A stretch of DNA of 64,000 bases from assembly GCA_013239625.1 (NCBI GenBank), contig MU054212.1:6980270-7044269 (forward strand), given 5' to 3'. Of the stretch, positions 1 to 13,992 are shown piece after piece. Position 1 is the stretch's first letter; every line of letters starts with the position of its first letter. Under the pieces are notes generated by a model. The model was not told the origin of the DNA. It ran no database searches and was given only the letters and a program-made list of their open reading frames with translations. The DNA is from Lama guanicoe (taxonomy: Eukaryota). Position numbers and translations under genes: made by a program.

Positions 1-110
1 AAGAATAATTTTTTTGAAAAGACTAATATGGCTTAAATTAAAATCTATCAATATTAAATCAATAAAATTCAGGTTCATTACTGTTTTTCATATCTAAGAA
101 GAACACAAAC

Positions 111-294
111 CTTGAATTTTCTTCTCACTTCTGTTATTTTCTGTTCTACTTCTTCTGTTTTAAATCTAGTTAGGTGGAAAATAGAACCAATGTTATAAGC
201 GTCCTTGTATAGTTGTTTAAGAAAATCTTCATTTTTTGACCTCATTTTCAACAAAGATTGGATTTCAGTCTCAAATTCTGATTTTTTCCTTATA
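111..294 (-). CDS. CCDC178: CCDC178 coding exon, 184 nt, phase 2/0
   Basis: ttttttacag|TATAAGG...TTCAAG|gtttgt; encodes (S)IRKKSEFETEIQSLLKMRSKNEDFLKQLYKDAYNIGSIFHLTRFKTEEVEQKITEVRRKFK. Confidence 0.94.
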
Positions 295-727
295 CTGTAA
301 AAAATAAAGCAAAAGGATTGACATGATTATTCTAAAAGAGAATATATTTAGGCAAATATATTTAATAACAGTAAAAAGGAACAAGGTCATAGTTTAAGTT
401 AACAAAAATACAAAATTACCAGAAACTTAATCAAAACTTAAACAGAGAAAATATGTCCCCAAAGATTATTTATATTTCTGCTTCTACTGATGGCCACCTC
501 TAATTGTCAGGCTGTGCTCAATCTCAAGAGAATAAGCATATTAATAAGAAAGGCCTGGGGGGCACAAACGCTCAGATTTCAGACCATTCATTTCCTTCTG
601 TATCAACCCATCCTTTCTAATCCTATATAAAATTACTACTAAGAATAATCAAATACAAGAAAAATTTAGTCCATAAAGAGAGACAAAACTCAACAAAAGA
701 AAACTAATATCCTAAATAAAACTTTCA

Positions 728-899
728 GAGGGGAGTGTATAGCTCACTGGTAGAGAGCATGCCTAGTATGCATGAGATCCTGGGTTCAATCCCCAATGCC
801 TCCATTAAAAAAATAAATCAATAAATCTAAATACCTCCCTGCTAACACAACTTTTTAAAATAACAAATAAATAATTAAAATAATTTTTAAAAATAAATA
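728..899 (+). mobile_element. tRNA-derived SINE, Vic-1 (camelid) type
   Basis: Head has an A box (tagctcactggtagag) and a B box (gggttcaatccc), followed by an A-rich tail. Flanking TSD aaataaaactttca (714-727) / aaacaaaactttca (900-913). Confidence 0.88.
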
Positions 900-1349
900 A
901 AACAAAACTTTCAAAAAGAAAACCAATAGCTAGGGGAAAGAGTTAATAGAGGAGAAAAGTGAGACATTAATATCACTGTAAGATTCTCAAGAGAAATAAC
1001 TAGGCTCCATGGCAAATCATTCATTTCCTGGACAGACTAGGTACCACCTTTGTTCCAAGTACGTATCATTGACACATACAATCTAAAAAGAAAATACAGA
1101 AAAGATACAACTACACTCACAAATGATGTAATCATATCTGTAGAATAGAAACGGAATTGGGAAGCAAAGCAGGAGTTCATAAGAAGCAAGAAGTTGGATT
1201 CAGGTATTCCACCAGATAGGTTACGAGGGCAAGGTTCAATGCATGATGGCAGGGGTTTGTGTGAGCTGTACTTGTTGGTGGAAGAGCAAACTCACTGACG
1301 GGGCTTATAAGTTTATGGAAAGTTAGGGCACTGGGAAGAAAAGACCCAA

Positions 1350-4300
1350 GACCAAGAACTCAACCAATGGATAAAGAAGAAATCAGAAGGAAAATCAAAA
1401 AATACTTTGAAACAAATGAAAATGAAAACAAAACGTACCAACATTTATGGGATATAGGAAAAACAGCTTTAAGAGGGAAGTTTATACTGATAAATTCCTA
1501 CATTAATAGAAAAGAGAGATCTCAAATAAGCCACCTAACTTTAAACCTCAAGAGCTAGAAAAGTAAGAACAAACTAGGCCCGAAGTTAGGAGAAGGAAAG
1601 AAATAACATTAATCAGAGCAGAACCAAGTGAAATAAACCAAAAACAACAAAAAAGATCACCGAAAGAAAGAGGTGTTTTTCTTTAAAATATATAAACTTG
1701 ATAAACCTTTAGCTACACTAGCTAAGAAAAAAAGAATGAAGTCTCAAATAAATAAAATCAGAAATGAAAGGGATCATATTGCAACTGATACCACAGAGAC
1801 AGGATCAAAAAGATTATGAAAAATTATATGCCAAAAATTGGGTAACCTAAGAATGAATACATTCCTAGACACACATAATCTACTGAATCATGAAGAAACA
1901 GAAAATCTGAACAGAACAATAATAAGAAAATTGTATCTGTAATCAAAAACTCCCAGTGAAAAAAAGCTCGTGACCTGATGGTTTTACTAGCGAATTCTAC
2001 CAAACATTTAAAGAATTAACACCAATCTTTCTCAAACTCATCCAAAAAATTGAAGAGGAGGGAACGTTTCCAAACTCATTTTATGAGGACAGCATTACCT
2101 TGACCCTGAATCCAAAGACATCACAAGAAAATTATAGGCCAGTATCTCTGATGAATATAGATGCAAAAATCTTCAAAAAAAAATCCTAGCAATCAGAATT
2201 CAATAGCACATTAAAAGAATCATACACCATGATCAAGTGGGATTTACCCCTAAGATGTTATGATGGTTCAAATATGTAAATCAATAAATGTAATATTTTA
2301 ATAGAATTAAGGATAAAAATCATATGATCATCTCAACAGATGGAGAAAAAGCATTTTCAAAATTCCACATCCGTTTATGATAAAAACTCTCCATGAGGTG
2401 GGTATAGATGGAATGTACCTCAACATAATAAGGGCCATATATGATGATCCCACAGCTAACATCATACTCAATGGTGAGAAGCTGCAGGCTTTTTCTTCTA
2501 AGATCAGCAAGAAGACAAGAGTGCCCATTCTTACCACTTTTATTCAACATAGTACTGGAAACTTTAGCCAGAACAATTAGAGAAGAAAAAGAAGTGAAGA
2601 GCATGCAATTCAAAAAGGAATAATTAAAATTTTCTGTTGGCAGATGACATGGTCTTATATAGAAAATCTTAAAAAAACTCCACCAAAACCTTATAATTAA
2701 ATGAAATCAGTAAACTTTCAGGGTACAAAATCAATATATAAAAATCTGTTGCATGTCTATAAACTAACAATGAACTACCTGAAAAAAGAAATAAAGAAGA
2801 CAATCTAATTTACAACAGCAACAAAAATACTAAAGTACTCGGGAATAAATTTAACCAAGGAGGTGAAAATTCTGTATATACAGAATATACACTGATGAAA
2901 GAAATTAGGGAGACAAATAAATGTAAAGATATCCTGTGTTCACAGATTAGAATAATTAATAAGGTTAAAATGTCCATACTACACAAAGTGATTGAGAGAT
3001 TTAATGCAGTCTCTGTCAAAATTCCAATCACATTTTTCACAAGTATAGGAAGAAATATCCTAATTGGTATGGAACCACAAAAGGTCTCATATAGCCAAAG
3101 TAATATTGACAAATAAGGATACAATTCGAGGTATAATATTTCATATTTCAAACTATATTACAAAGATTAGTAATCAAAACAGTATGGTACTGGAATAAAA
3201 ACAGAAACATAGCTCAATGGTACAGAATCTAGAACCCAGAAGTACATCTAAGTATTATATGGTCAATTAATCTTTGACAAGGATGCCAACAATACACAAT
3301 GGCAAAAGGATCATCTCTTCAATAAATGCATATCCAGAGAAAACTGAAGAGTTACATGCAAAAGAATAAAACTGTATTTATATTTTGCACCACTCACAAA
3401 AATTACCTTGAAATGGATTGAATATTTAAATGAAAAACTGAAGTTGCGTAACTCCTAGAAGCAAACGTAGAGGAAAATCTCCTCAACACTGGTGTTGGCT
3501 ATTATTTTTTTCATATGACACTAACAGCACAGGAAACAAATGCAAAAATCAACAAGCAGAGCTATATCAAAATAACAAGTTTCTGCATAGCAAAAGAATT
3601 AATTAACAAATTGAAAAGGCAACCTACAGGATGGAAAAAAAATATCGGCAAACCATTTATGTGATAAGGGGTTAAAATCCAACATGTGTAACTCAATAGG
3701 TAAAGACAAATAACCCAATTAAAAATGGGGAAAGGGCCTGAATAGACTTTTTTTTTCCAAAAAAGACATTAAAATGGTTAACAAGTACATGAAAAGGTGT
3801 TCAACGTTAGTAATCACCAAGGAAATGCACATCAAAAATACAGTGAGGTATCACTTCTCATCAGTGAGGATGGCTTTTATCAGAAGACAAGAGATAGCAA
3901 ATGCTCACAGGATGTGGAGAAAAGGGAACACTTGTATATTGTTCGTGGGAATGTAAACTGGTACAGCCATTATGAAACACAGCTTAGAAGTTCCTCAAAA
4001 AAATAGAACTACCATATAAATCAGCAATCCCACTTCTGGGTATATATCTGAAAAAAAAATTAGTTTCTTGAAAAGATGTCTGCGCTCCCATGTTCACTGC
4101 AGCATTATTCACAATAGCAAATTACAGAAACCACTTAAGTGTCTGGTCAATGGATGAACAGATAAACAAGTTGTGAGAGATATATATGTATCTACATATA
4201 TAGATATATATAGTGAAATATTCAAGCATGAGAAAGAAGGAAATACTGCTATTTGCAACAAGATGGATGAATCTAGAGGGCATTGTGCCAAGTGAAATAA

Positions 4301-4710
4301 GCCAGACAAAGAAAGACAAATGCTGCATGATTTCTAAAAAAAAAAAGAAAGAAAGAATTTATAGAAACAGAATGGTGTAGAGTAGAATGGTGCTTACCAA
4401 GGGCTGAGACGTGGTGGAAATGGGGGAGACAGTGGTCAAAGGTACAATCCTTGAGTTATAAGAAGAATAAGCTCTGAGGATCTAATGTACAGCATGATGA
4501 TTATAGTTAGTCATACTGTTTTGCTTAGTTGAAATGTGCCAAGAGTGTAGACCTTAAGCACAGTCACCACAAAAGAAAAAAAAAAGTAACTATGTGAGGT
4601 TACTGACGTGTGGTAATTATTTCACAAAGTATACATATGTCAAATCATCATATTTCACACTTTTAATATATTACAATTTTGTCAATCATAACTCAGTAAA
4701 GCTGAAATTA
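1350..4710 (+). mobile_element. 5'-truncated, decayed LINE-1 (ORF2 from endonuclease end through RT to 3' UTR; L1MA-like 3' end)
   Basis: ORF2-like peptides ([28 protein letters not shown]); RT motif gcagatgacatg (ADDM) at 2640-2651; many frameshifts; typical L1 3' UTR. Confidence 0.93.
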
Positions 4711-4972
4711 TTTTAAATAGTAGATAAGAGGTATATAACAAAATTATACCTGAAAAATTTCCAGTACTGAAAACCAACATGGGTCATTAAATTGAGAAGT
4801 CTCACTTAGTGTTAAACTAGATTTATTACATACACAGAAACACACACACACCCCTAGATATGGAAATGTGAAATTTCAGAACTCTGAAATAGGAAGAGAG
4901 AATTCTAAGATTCCCAGGGAGAAAAAACAGATTACCTACAAAGACGTCTTATCAAGCAAAACTAAACGAAAG

Positions 4973-5195
4973 TTGAGTAAGTTTAGAGATCAAATGTACA
5001 ACACAACTACTGTAATTTATAATAAATAATATTGTATTAAATACTAGAAATTTGTTAAGACAGTTTATTTCAGGTGGTCTCATCACACTTAAAAGGTAAC
5101 TGTGTGAATGATGTTAATTAGCCTGATTGAGGAAATCATTTCACTATGTATATCAAGTCATCATGGTGTACACCTTAAGTATGCATAATATTTTA
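4973..5195 (+). mobile_element. Short L1 3'-UTR insertion with TSD, inside an older L1 ORF1-like relic
   Basis: L1MA-type 3' UTR text; TSD aaaactaaacgaaag (4958-4972) / aaaactaaatgaaag (5196-5210). Confidence 0.8.
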
Positions 5196-6369
5196 AAAAC
5201 TAAATGAAAGAAACCAATAAATTAATGACAAAAAATGACTTTGGACCTAGAATATGATACTTTGAGAAAATCCTACTTGACTAGGTTGAATAGAAAATGA
5301 AGGAAGAGTCCATGCAAACAGGAGTGTTTATTTGAATAGGATTTGCTATAAAAAACAGAAGGGCAGAGCTGGGATGCAGGGCTCTGTTTTATCTTGTGTT
5401 TGCTTCTTTTCCAAGATGAGCAATATTATGCAATGTCATATGTTATTAAAATAGAGATAAATAGCAATGATTCATGGGAAAGAGGAGATCACTGTAGGTG
5501 CAAAGCCCCTGGGTGTATAAGAGAACAACATCTACTTGGCAAGTGCGTGGGTACTGAGAACTACACAGAAGTACCTGTCACTATTATACAGCAACACAAA
5601 GAAGACAACACGTGAAGACAGCTGCAAACGGGCTGGTGAGAGAAAGACGTCATTCTCATTTGATTGCATCTGTGTTCTCTATGAATTATATGAGAATATT
5701 AACTTAAAACGAGGATATGTGGGCATTAGGATTGAAGAGAGTGAGAAGCTATGAAACAATGGTCAGAAAACTGAATTGTCTAGAAATTTCTTGGCAGTGC
5801 TGAATGTCACCTGAGACATACAGCCATAGAATTTAGGTTCTATTCAGCAGCAAATGTATTCCAATGCTAGTGAGGCTTAAATATGAGGGCTTCTAACTGA
5901 CTTCCAAGCCCTTATAAGGTCCTTTGAATGTCCATGACAGTGTTTTCACATGGTCATCTGTTTTTATAAAGGTTACAAAAATGAGATATTTTAACCACAA
6001 TTTATTAAGACTATTTTCTTTTTCTAATGTAATGTGTCTTCTGCCAAGTGACATTAGAATGGCTATGGGAATTCTGTATGCGTAATCTTACGTTCTTTTT
6101 TTCATAGAAACCTCACATCCGGTAACCCATAGGGCCCATCAAACCAAGATCCACCCGCGATGAGATTAACCAGCACACTGTGTTGTACTTAAGCCACAAT
6201 CAGTTGTTTGGATCCTGGTTTAGTTCAATGACAGAGTTTTTCAAGTCATAAAATAAGGTTTTGAAAGTTATTTAAATGAATACTTATTTTGATCAAATGT
6301 AAGTAGGTTCAGTAAGAAAGGAAAGAAGGACAAGAAGGTGGGATACACAAATGCAGTTAGGAAGACAGA

Positions 6370-6620
6370 CAGGTCATCTTAAAGGGTCAAATAATTGTTG
6401 GAGTGACAGTCCTAGGAGAGTAAATAAGCTGGAAACAGAGGTGCTAGTTGTCAGGGAGTGGATTCTTAAATCTGAGATCAGCAGATGACTCTGTTATTGG
6501 AAATGACAAGCTGTAAGATAAAACTCTAAGAGAGGGTGGTTGGTGTGAGGTGGAAGACAAGATTGTCAGGAACGCGGAGGTCTAAGAACTAAGAATACAA
6601 ATTCTTGCATGTATTGAATA
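6370..6620 (-). mobile_element. LINE-2 internal fragment
   Basis: Purine-rich sequence resembling the L2 endonuclease region in reverse orientation; highly decayed. Confidence 0.45.
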
Positions 6621-8074
6621 CAGAACAAATTTAGGTTTTGGTCTCTTCTGAACAGGGAGAGAACAGAAACAGGAAGGGTGATTTATTTGTAGTATTTTAA
6701 TTCTTTTAAAAAAATCTAAAGTAGGCTGACACATTGCTAAGAAGTTAATTTTGAATGGTGCATATCCCATTTTCTCTTTGAATATCTGAAAAATTTTAAA
6801 AATAAAGTAAAAGCAAAATAGTTTAAGAAATTTTCCATTCAAAAGTCTGCTGTTAAATGCTGAAAAAAACATATTCTATATCTATATTCCTGTGAAGTAA
6901 CTCAAATTAATAGGCTGGTAAGATATAGTTAAATGAGTATGAAAAACACAGTACCCTGTGGATTCATTCTAAGTATTCTAAGCTATTTAACAACTTCAAT
7001 AATATTCTAATTGCTATCTCTACAAATAAATCACCATCCTGTTAACTCTTGATAAACACATTTCATAGAATATACCACTGTCTTTATGGTATTCAATAGC
7101 TTTTTTGCTCATTTCCCTTGATTACCAACCCCATATCTTTGGATCACTGCAGTTACAATGGCATTGTCTTGCTTGAGGTACAGTAGAGCATTAGAAGTAG
7201 GTATTCAGAATATTTTACAGAGCTTGAGTGTAAGAAAATGGCTATATAGAAATTCATACCACACAGTTAACTTCAGCAAACTAAATCCAAATTAATCAAC
7301 TTCAAATCATCTTAAGCAAGTTCATTTTCCTTGACTTAGATTGCTGAAGCCTGCCTATCATGTGAATAAGCAATCGAGTGAAATTATTTGCTCAAGTCAA
7401 ATGTCCCAAATGTATGTAAAGGGTCCATTGCAAATGAATACTGGCTTATTTGAAATTACTAAATTATACACTGCTACTACAAGGTAAGCAATCATATATC
7501 ATTATCATCACCAAAAGGTCTTGCAAATATTTGTATGCACAGAGTACTGAACAAAGTCTACTAAATACGGCATCTAATGTTTAATCTAACGTTGCCATTT
7601 AAAAAATAAACTATATATGCACAATAGATCATATACTGAATTAACTATGTAATTTATTCAAATAGTATAACATTTGGGAATGGCATCAGATGGTGAGATG
7701 GTATTCCAGTGGATATAACAGTCCAAACTGGGGGAAATTTCATACAGGTATTCACTAGATATTATCAGTGTCAGTGACTTAAGAATTATTTTACTATTAT
7801 TTTTGGACTTAAGGAAATAAAAAGAAGCTGGGACTAAAGGGAAGGTGATTCCGGTAAATGGTCAAATAAAAAAGAAAAAAATAAAGGAGACTCTAAGAAT
7901 AACAGAGCTCTTTTGAGAAAAGCAATGGCTACAGCTAAGTACAGAGATGGAGAATTGAATAACGCAGTGAGTTTTTGACAGTTTTTGAAGTAGTTAGTAA
8001 GTGTGTCCACAGTCCACTGTAACATGTCAGAAATAGGAAGCAAGACTTGCCTGTGGAGGAGGGAAGGCAATGTT

Positions 8075-8285
8075 ATGAAGCAGAACATAAAGTTTGGAGT
8101 CAGACAGACTTACACTCAAATCCTGATTACTCCTATGTAATTGGAGGTTTGGTTTCACACACAATTTCCTCATCTAAAATTTGCTTACTAATACCTACCA
8201 TCAAGGTGTTATAAAGATTAAATTTAAATAAATTGAGAATAATACATACACTTTACTTGCACACATTAAATAGCTCATACAAATG
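8075..8285 (+). mobile_element. MIR SINE
   Basis: tttggagtcagacagact...caaatcctg; core-like tttcctcatctaaaat...aatacctacc. Confidence 0.7.
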
Positions 8286-8631
8286 ATGTAACAGTTTTTT
8301 TTAAAAAGTATATAACAGCATGGAACTTCTTTACAGTGCTAGGTGATTTAATGAGATGAAAGACAATGAGAGAAAAAAATATAAATATAAAAAGATAAAT
8401 AACCATTAATATAGCTTTGGAGCAGAAAGACATACCAAAGAGAGATGTGATACCAGAACATACGGCAGAGAGAATAGGAGCACAAAGACACTGAAGCAAA
8501 AAAAAAAAGGACAACAAATGTTTACATTCAGTTCTCATTTGCTCATTATGATACTTACTTAGCATCTATCGGAAAAAACACAAGACACACAACAGACAGG
8601 CAAATATAATGCCTGCAAGTAAGGAGATAAG

Positions 8632-8881
8632 CTGAGAGGAAGGCGGTGAGAAGGAATAAATTGGGAGTTCGAGATTTGCAGATACTAACTACTATATATA
8701 AAATAGATAGACCACGTTTATACTGTAGAGCACAGGGAACTATATTCAGAATCTTGTAGTAACACATAATGAAAAAGAATATGAAAAGGAATATATATGT
8801 ATCTGTATGACTGAAACTTTATGCTGTATACCAGAAATCGACACAACACTGTAAATTGTCTATACTTTTTTAATTTAAAAA
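8632..8881 (+). mobile_element. Cetartiodactyl-type L1 3'-UTR fragment
   Basis: ataaattgggagttcgagatttgcagatac...actgtagagcacagggaactatattca...acacaacactgtaaatt, ending in an A-rich tail. Confidence 0.85.
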
Positions 8882-10494
8882 GTGGAAAAAAAGGAGAGAC
8901 AATTGGGAACTGGTTCATTTCACCGAAAACTGAAACAGACAGAAAGAAAAGCACCTATTAGAGAAACATCTAAAAGATTTAATAGAAGTTGGTAAGATGT
9001 TGGTTGTAAGAGGGTAGAGAGGAATATAGGATAACGCCTGAAACAGGCTACTTGATGGATAATAGCGTCAAGATGTGATGCTGGGGGAGAGGGCACATAT
9101 TCAAAATGATACTATCAGGAGAAATAAAGGATGCGGCTAGAGATCAAAAAGTAAAAATATGATACATGTTCAAATAATGAGAGTAGGTAAAATTCCTGGG
9201 TTAGGGAGTAGATCAAGGATGCAAGACAGAGATAAATGAGCCACTCTAGGATTCAAGAATAGCTTCAGAAAGTTAAAGGAAGAACCAAGAGACTGGAATT
9301 TTGAACCTCAATAAGAAATAGCATCAGAGAACGCACAGACACAAAGGCTTGGGTCACATAAAGAAAAAAAAGTCATGTGATAGACTAAAACTTATTCAGT
9401 GGATTTAGGAAGGGAGGTTCTTTTTTTAAACTTCAGTAAGATAAATTTTGGTAGCATGGGAGTTTCTGAAGTCACATGGCTGTGTGCCAAAACATGACTA
9501 ATAGTCAAGCAAATATTGCCAATAATCTAGCAAACATTGCTAAGTACATGAAAATCTTAATGAAAAATGGAAGGGAAATACTGTGTGATAGACAGAGATA
9601 CAAACAGAGTAAAGGCAACACTTTCATTTTAGGCTTGAAAGATGGTTAATGATGGATGCTGGCTGCAGGAAAAAAAGCAATGAATGAAAATGTCAAAAGT
9701 AGAAGTGGTAAGAATAAAACTATGTCCTGAACATGGCAACAGGGGTTAAAACCAAGGGCACAAACAGAGGCGTTGGCATTGAACAGGAAGAATCATTTAC
9801 CCCTTGAATTTGAAGAGCCAGGAAAGCTGTTTGCAGATACTGTCACTGTAGAATATGTTTGTTTGACAAAAACATGTCATGTTTTCAATTTTTCCTTCCA
9901 ATAAGACTAAGTTTTGGTATAAGTAAAATTAAAGTTTTCTTTCTGAATTTATTTTGTTTGAGATTTACTGTGATGACTGAATCTAAAGATTCATATTTTG
10001 AAGAATTTTGGAGTGTTAGCTGCCATTATCTTTCTGAATATTGCTTTCCCAATGCCCTCCTTTATTTCTCAATCTACTCTCCATAATTTTTAATATTGAT
10101 TGAATATTTTAATCTTTATCTCTGTGCTGCATTTTGGTTCCTTGCTATGTCTTTAAATGCACTGACTTTTTTCCAGATGTATTTTCTATTAAATTAATAA
10201 AATCTTTAATCAGAATGAACTCAGTTTTGACAAGCGTTGGGCAGTTCTTTTTCCAACCTGTCTGAACTGTTTTGACAGTGTTCTATTAGTTTTTTTGTCC
10301 CCTTTAGCCATTTTAAACTTACTTAGGTAGATTTATTCTAATAATTCTATTATTTGAAATTAGTGGGGTTTTAAATATACTACTGGTTATTTCTGGTAAC
10401 TCTCATTTATGTTGGATTTTTTTCCCTATTGTTTTATAATTTTGTGAGCTCCTTTTTAAAAGCCTGACTTTGAGAGTATCTCGTATGTCCTCAG

Positions 10495-10782
10495 TTTATT
10501 TATTATTTTTTAAGACCAATTTTTTAGAGCAATTTCAGGTTTACAGCAGAATGGAGCACAAAATTCAGAGAGTTTGCACATAGCCCTCCCCACCCACACA
10601 TATATACTCCACTACCCTCAACATCCCTCATCAGTGTGGCATATGTGGTACAATCGATGAACCAACACGGACACAATACTATCAACCAAATTCCATAGTT
10701 TACATTGGGGTTCACTCTTGATGTTGTACATTCTATGGGCTTTAACAAATGTATCATGACATGTAGCCACCACTATACTAGT
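10495..10782 (-). mobile_element. L1MC-type 3'-end fragment
   Basis: Reverse complement resembles the 3' UTR of the element at 13730-13990 (catagtttacattggggttcactcttgatgttgtacattctatggg). Confidence 0.85.
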
Positions 10783-11399
10783 CTATTTATTCTTCTAGAG
10801 AATATTTATCAAAGTAGGACCACTTTTTTAAAAATGATAGTTCTTGGCGAAGATCTTCAGAGACAACACAGACAGTGTAAATGAAAATACCAAACCAGCG
10901 TGAAAAGGATACAGACTGGGCATGTTCTCACGTGTTGTTCCTTTACCCAGGTTCCAGGCTTAAACAAACAAGTTTTCTGTCTCTGCCTTTACCTGTAGGT
11001 ACATTTTTTTCTGCTCTATCCATTTAAATTCCTTTACTTTATCCAGCTCCCTCACTTGCAAACATCCATAGCCCCTTTCCACGTTTGCAAAGACTAAAAC
11101 CTAATTTCCCTGTTTACCGAGTTCAGCAGGCCACTCCTCCATCCAGCTTTTCAGAGCTAGAGATTTAGCTTGCAGTTGAGTTGTTCACTTACTTTCTTTG
11201 CATTGGCCCCTGGAGACTTCCTTTTCTTTCCCATGAGAATAACACAGCATTTAAAGGATGTATGTCCTATTTCTGTTCCATTTATATGTGTTCTGTAGCA
11301 AAAGACCTTTCATTTTCTCTATTATCAACATTGCAGGAAATGTAAGTTCTCTAATATTACTTTTCTGTCTACGTTCTCTCTTTAGACATCTCACCCTGA

Positions 11400-12150
11400 C
11401 CCATTGTTATTTAATTTTATGACTCAAAATGTGTGTCCAGCATCCGCCTCGCCTCCGTGCTGCAGACATATGTATCTAATTTCCACTTCTCATTTCTATT
11501 TGAAGAGCTAACATGAATCTGAAATTTACTATGGCCCAAAGACACATACTTATATTTTCTGCAAAATCTCTCATACCTTCTAGCCCTTGTTATCTCAGCA
11601 AGCAGCGTGATCATTTTTCTTTTCCTCACATCTTATATACCACCTATCAAAAGATCCTGCTGGCAATCCTTTCAAAATATATCTGAAAATCAGCTATTTA
11701 TTACCATCTGTACTGCAAAAACCCTTTATTTATGTCAATATAATTATAATTTTTCTAAATCACCAGAAAAGCTTTCCTTATATACACCAAGGTCTATCCT
11801 TCACTAAGCTACCCAACAAATCTTTCTACAACATCAGGTGCTTTAAACGGTTTAAATGTTTTAATCCACATGCCTTTATCACAGCCCACCTAATGGGCTT
11901 GCAGTCTCTTGAGCCCTGACTGCCTTGCCCACGTTTGTCTCCCTGAATTATCCTACTCACACACGACTTTTCAGAAACACAGGTCCCTATTCTGTTTCCA
12001 GAACACACAGACGTTTTATCCATCACAGGGCTCGGGCACGTTCTACTCCTTCCACTTGGCATGTTCTTCCCCCGACTAGCTCAAGGCTGACATGTCTTCA
12101 TTCAGGTCTTGACTCAAATAAATGCTACCTTCTTAGGCAGAGGAGTACTC
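11400..12150 (+). mobile_element. LINE-2 3' region fragment
   Basis: Pyrimidine-rich L2-like motifs (tcctgctggcaatcctttcaaaatatatctgaaaatc; tcttcattcaggtcttgactcaaata). Confidence 0.6.
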
Positions 12151-12414
12151 AGTACTACAAGTTTAATAATTATATTATTTTTCATATTTAAATATACCAT
12201 GGAGCTGTTTAGCACCATGAATCATCATCTTAAAATTATTTTGGTGAGTTTCAAGTGATAATCATTTTATTAAATTATAAAATAATAGTACATTAGGAGT
12301 CCAGTTAAAATCACAATAAAAATTTATTTGGTTAGAATTTGACTTTTTCTCATTATTGGGTCATATTCAAAACTTTGATACATCTCTCTGTCTACTAATT
12401 TAAAAATATATTTC

Positions 12415-13992
12415 TTCAAGACTTACTATAAAGCTACAGTAGTCAAGATAGTGGGGTATCAGCAAAAGAACAAACAGATCACTGCAACAGAATAGAGTGC
12501 CCAGAAACAGACCTACAGAAATACAATCAACTGATAGATGACAGAGGCAAAGACAATGCAGTGGAGCAAAGATCATCTTTTCAACAAATGGTGCTAGAAC
12601 AATTGGACATCTACAAGCAAAACAAACAAACAAAAAAAACGAAGCTAGACACAGGCCTTACAACTTTCACAAAAATTAACTCAAAATGAACAGACCTACA
12701 TGTAACACACAAAGCTACAAAACTCCAGAAAATAACCTAGGAAAAAACCTAGAAAACCTAGATGGCAATGACTTTATAGATACAATATCATAGGCAGAAA
12801 TAATTGATAAGTTGGACTTCTTTAAAATTAAAACCTTCTGCTCTGTAAAGACAATGACAAGAGAGTAAGGAGATAAGCCACAGCCTGGGAAAAGAGGTGT
12901 GTCATTTGGAAAAGACACACCTGACAAAGGGCTATAATCTAAAACATGCAAAGAAATCTGAAAACTAAACAGTAAGAGAACAAACAACCCGATTTAAAAA
13001 ATGGATCAAAGACCTTAACAGACACCTCATCAAAGAAGATATACAATGAAAAGTAAGCATATGACAAGATGTTCCACATCACATGTCATCAGCGGAATAC
13101 AAATTTAAAACAATGAGATACCACTATACATAGGAAAGAATGGCCAAAATCCTGAACACTGACACATCAAATACTGGCAACAAGTGGGTTAACAGGAATT
13201 TTCATACAATGCTGGTGGGAATGCAAATGGTAAAGACACTCTGGAAACATTCTGGCAGTTTCTTATGAAACTAAACATATTCTTATTATAAGATCCAGCA
13301 ATCGCATGCATTCTTTGGTATTAACTTTTTTCACACAAAAATCTGCACATGGATGTTTACAGCAGCTTTTATTTACAACTGCCAAAACTTGGAAGTAACC
13401 AAGATGCTCTTCAATAAACGAGTGAATAAATAAACTATAGTACAACCAGATATGGAATATTATTCAGTGCTAAAAAGAAATGAGCTATCAAGCCATTAAG
13501 ACACATGGAGCAACCTTACATGCATATCAGTGAGTGAAAGAGGCCAATCTGAAATGGCTACATACTGTATGATTCCAACTATATGATATTCTGGAAAAGG
13601 CAAAAGTATGGAGATAGTAAAAAGATCAGTGGTTGCCAGAATCTGGGCAAGGGGATACAGGAATGAATGAAAAAAAGGCACAAAGGATTTTAAGGCAGTG
13701 AAAACACTGTGTAGCATACCATTATGGTGGGTACATGTCATTATACATTTGTCCAAATCCACAGACTGTGCAACACCAAGAGTGAGCCCTAATGTATACC
13801 ACGGATTTGGGAGACTATGATGCCTCAATGTAGGTTCATCAACTGTACCAAATGTACCTCTCTGGTGAGAGATGTTGATAATGGGAGATTCTATGCATGT
13901 GTGGGGGTAAGGGATGTACGGGAAACCTAAGTATCTCTCCCTTAAATTTGCCATGAACCTAACTGGTCGTCAAAAATAAAGTCTTAATAAAA
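12415..13992 (+). mobile_element. L1MC1-like LINE-1, ORF2 C-terminus plus 3' UTR
   Basis: ttcaagacttactataaagctacagtagtcaaga...aaatggtgctagaacaattggacatc...; ends aaaataaagtcttaataaaa. Confidence 0.9.

Noticed and set aside
13496..13954. Longest ORF in the track (152 aa, minus strand)
   Set aside because: Lies wholly antisense within an L1MC 3' UTR, with no recognisable protein or splice context.
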